Below, one piece after another: positions 61,857-64,000 of a stretch of 64,000 nt of DNA. The notes beneath the pieces are model-generated. The model had not been told where the DNA came from, made no database searches, and saw only the letters and a program-made list of their open reading frames with translations. The number at the start of each line of letters is the position of its first letter. Within the stretch, counting starts at the first letter, position 1. The stretch covers positions 1,929 to 65,928 of the forward strand of contig JAPSLQ010000002.1 of assembly GCA_031180595.1 (NCBI GenBank), given 5' to 3'. The position numbers were made by a program, and so were the translations under genes. Origin of the DNA: Isoptericola sp. (lineage in GTDB: Bacteria; Actinomycetota; Actinomycetes; Actinomycetales; Cellulomonadaceae).

Positions 61857-64000
61857 GTGAGCGCGCCCGCAGTCGCTCCGCAGCAACGCCTCGGCCCTCC
61901 GGTCGCGGGTGTGCCGTCCGAGGGATCGGCGTCCGCACCCCGTGCCGACGTCCAGGGGCTGCGTGCGCTCGCGGTCGCGGCCGTCCTCGCGTACCACGTG
62001 TGGCCGTCCGCGGTCCCCGGCGGCTACGTGGGCGTCGACGTCTTCTTCGTCATCTCCGGCTTCCTCATCACGTCGCACCTGATCCGGCACCCGGTGCGCT
62101 CGGGCGCGGACCTGCTCGAGTTCTGGGCGCGCAGGGTCCGCCGGCTCATCCCCGCGGCGAGCCTCGTGCTGCTCGTCACGCTGGCCGCGGCGGTCGTGTG
62201 GCTGCCGCCGACCGTGCGCGGCGTCGTCGGACGGGAGGTGCTCGCCGCCTCCCTGTACGTGGAGAACTGGGCGCTCGCCCGCTCGGCGACGGACTACCTC
62301 GCCGCCGAGGAGCTGCACACGCCGGTGCAGCACTACTGGTCGCTCTCGGTCGAGGAGCAGTTCTACCTCGTCTGGCCGGTGGTGCTCGGCCTGGTGGGAT
62401 GGTCGGTCGTCCGCGTCCGACGTCGCGCGACCGGCGACCACGGCGCCGTCCGTCGCGACGGCGTCGCGGCGCTCGCGGCCTCCGCCGTGGTGGTGGTCCT
62501 CTCTCTCGGGTGGTCGGTCCACCTCACCGCGGCGGACCCGGCCGCGGCGTACTTCGTGACGACGACGCGCGCGTGGGAGCTCGGCATCGGTGGCATGCTC
62601 GCCGCGCTGCTCGCCCTGCGGCCGTTCCGGCCGGGCGCGGGCGTCCGGGCGGTGCTCGCCTGGGGAGGGCTCGCCCTCGTCGTCGTGGCGGTCACCACGT
62701 TCCACGCCGGGACGGCGTTCCCCGGGTGGGCGGCGCTCGTGCCCACGGTCGGGGCCGCCCTCGTCGTCGCGGCGGCCGCCGACGGCGTCCGAGGAGGTCC
62801 GGGCGGACTCCTCGGCCACCGTGGGGTCCAGTGGCTCGGGGACGTCTCGTACTCCGTCTACCTGTGGCACTGGCCGGTCGTCGTGATCGCACCGTTCGCG
62901 CTCGGGAACGCTCTCGGGCCCGCCGAGCAGGTCGCCGCCGTTGCCGCGACGCTCGCCCTCGCGGCCCTGACCAAGAGGTGGGTCGAGGACCCCGTGCGCA
63001 GGAGCCGCCGGCTGGCGCGACGCCGCGGACGGACGTTCGCGGTGCTCGCCGCGGGCATGCTCGTCGTCGGCGCCGCGGCGGTCGTCGTCGTCGACCGGTC
63101 CGCGGCGGCCGAGCGGGCCGCCTCCGAGGTCGTCTCCCAGGGGCTCGCGGCGGCGGGTCCCTGCGCGGGCGCCGGTGCGGTGCGGGACCCCTCGTGCGAC
63201 GAGCCGGACCTCTTCACGCCCGCCGAGTTCGCCGCCGAGGACAAGCCGGCCCCGTACGCCGACGGGTGCTGGAACAACGCCCCGTTCACGACCCGGCACA
63301 CCTGCACGTACTCGGGTCCCGACGGCGGCGCCGAGCCGTCGGCCCGTGTCGCGCTCGTCGGGAACTCGCACGCCGGCCACTGGCTCCCGGCACTCGAGGG
63401 CGTGGTCGCCCAGGAGGGCTGGGAGCTCACCACCTACCTGCAGTCGGTGTGCTACACCGTCGACCGGCCGCTCGGCTTCGACGGCGCGGAGGAGTCCGAG
63501 GGCTGCCTGGCGACAAACCGCTGGGCGGTGCGGTCGATCCTCCAGGGTGGGTACGACCTCGTGATCATGTCGAACCGCACGAACCAGCCGCTCGCGGGAG
63601 TCGCGCCCGGTGACCAGGCGGCCGAGGCGCAGCGGGCGTACGCCGACACGCTGCGCACCTTCACCGACGCGGGGCTCCCGGTGCTCGTGCTGCGCGACAC
63701 CCCTGCGATGCCGGGCGACGTGCCCGACTGCGTCGCGTCCGACCCGGACGACGTCCTCGGCTGCGGCGCGCCCCGGACGGCGGCGGTCGAGCCGGACCCG
63801 CTCGCGGCAGCCGCGGCGAGCGACGGCTCGGGCCTGGTGACCCTCGTCGACGTGACGGACCTGATGTGCGACGCCCGCCGGTGCCACGCCGTCGTCGGTG
63901 GCGTGATCGCGTACTTCGACCACGGCCACCTGACCGCCACGTTCGCGCGCACGCTCGCGCCCGAGGTGACCGAGGGGGCGCGCGAGGCGCTCGCCGCCCG
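61857..64000 (+). CDS. acyltransferase-3 + SGNH domain O-acyltransferase (OafA/OatA-like), 3'-truncated by window edge
   Basis: Not in the ORF track (no stop inside the window). Read manually: RADVQGLRALAV, GYVGVDVFFVISGFLIT, HYWSLSVEEQFY, SYSVYLWHWP, GNSHA and DHGHL. Confidence 0.88.
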   Translation, partial: MSAPAVAPQQRLGPPVAGVPSEGSASAPRADVQGLRALAVAAVLAYHVWPSAVPGGYVGVDVFFVISGFLITSHLIRHPVRSGADLLEFWARRVRRLIPAASLVLLVTLAAAVVWLPPTVRGVVGREVLAASLYVENWALARSATDYLAAEELHTPVQHYWSLSVEEQFYLVWPVVLGLVGWSVVRVRRRATGDHGAVRRDGVAALAASAVVVVLSLGWSVHLTAADPAAAYFVTTTRAWELGIGGMLAALLALRPFRPGAGVRAVLAWGGLALVVVAVTTFHAGTAFPGWAALVPTVGAALVVAAAADGVRGGPGGLLGHRGVQWLGDVSYSVYLWHWPVVVIAPFALGNALGPAEQVAAVAATLALAALTKRWVEDPVRRSRRLARRRGRTFAVLAAGMLVVGAAAVVVVDRSAAAERAASEVVSQGLAAAGPCAGAGAVRDPSCDEPDLFTPAEFAAEDKPAPYADGCWNNAPFTTRHTCTYSGPDGGAEPSARVALVGNSHAGHWLPALEGVVAQEGWELTTYLQSVCYTVDRPLGFDGAEESEGCLATNRWAVRSILQGGYDLVIMSNRTNQPLAGVAPGDQAAEAQRAYADTLRTFTDAGLPVLVLRDTPAMPGDVPDCVASDPDDVLGCGAPRTAAVEPDPLAAAAASDGSGLVTLVDVTDLMCDARRCHAVVGGVIAYFDHGHLTATFARTLAPEVTEGAREALAA

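Noticed and set aside
59583-63929. 1448-aa antisense ORF over cysD/cysN/acyltransferase
   Set aside because: Shadow frame typical of high-GC DNA; no motifs, and opposite well-supported genes.

Overview
High-GC actinobacterial chromosomal window (gene content suggests Micrococcales; this is an inference). In order it contains: (1) the 3' part of an alpha-galactoside utilisation operon (GH36 alpha-galactosidase, sugar ABC transporter, GH13 glucosidase); (2) purK-purE; (3) a ~28 kb cell-wall glycan locus with two LCP ligases, glf, GlfT1/GlfT2-like galactofuranosyltransferases, Wzm/Wzt, a scattered rmlABCD, ugd, a pyruvyltransferase-like protein, three GT-C-like membrane proteins and a repeat-containing secreted cell-wall protein; (4) the conserved TIGR03089-whiB-GT2-DUF5719-DUF3499-phosphomannomutase-Trm112 block, with an inverted manA; (5) a second ABC-dependent glycan locus (47.6 kb to the window end). 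The second locus has two unusual GT/pyruvyltransferase-like fusion proteins, a full PAPS-supply module (CysD, CysN, degenerate-Sat-CysC fusion, CysQ, TauE/SafE) with no sulfate-reduction genes, and an AT3-SGNH O-acyltransferase. It is the best candidate for an undescribed system: a sulfated, pyruvylated, O-acetylated surface glycan, although no sulfotransferase lies in the window. A structured, leaderless Cys-containing uORF coupled to tauE-cysC may regulate it. No rRNA, tRNA, CRISPR or mobile elements were recognised. All family assignments come from motif recognition by eye, not from database searches.
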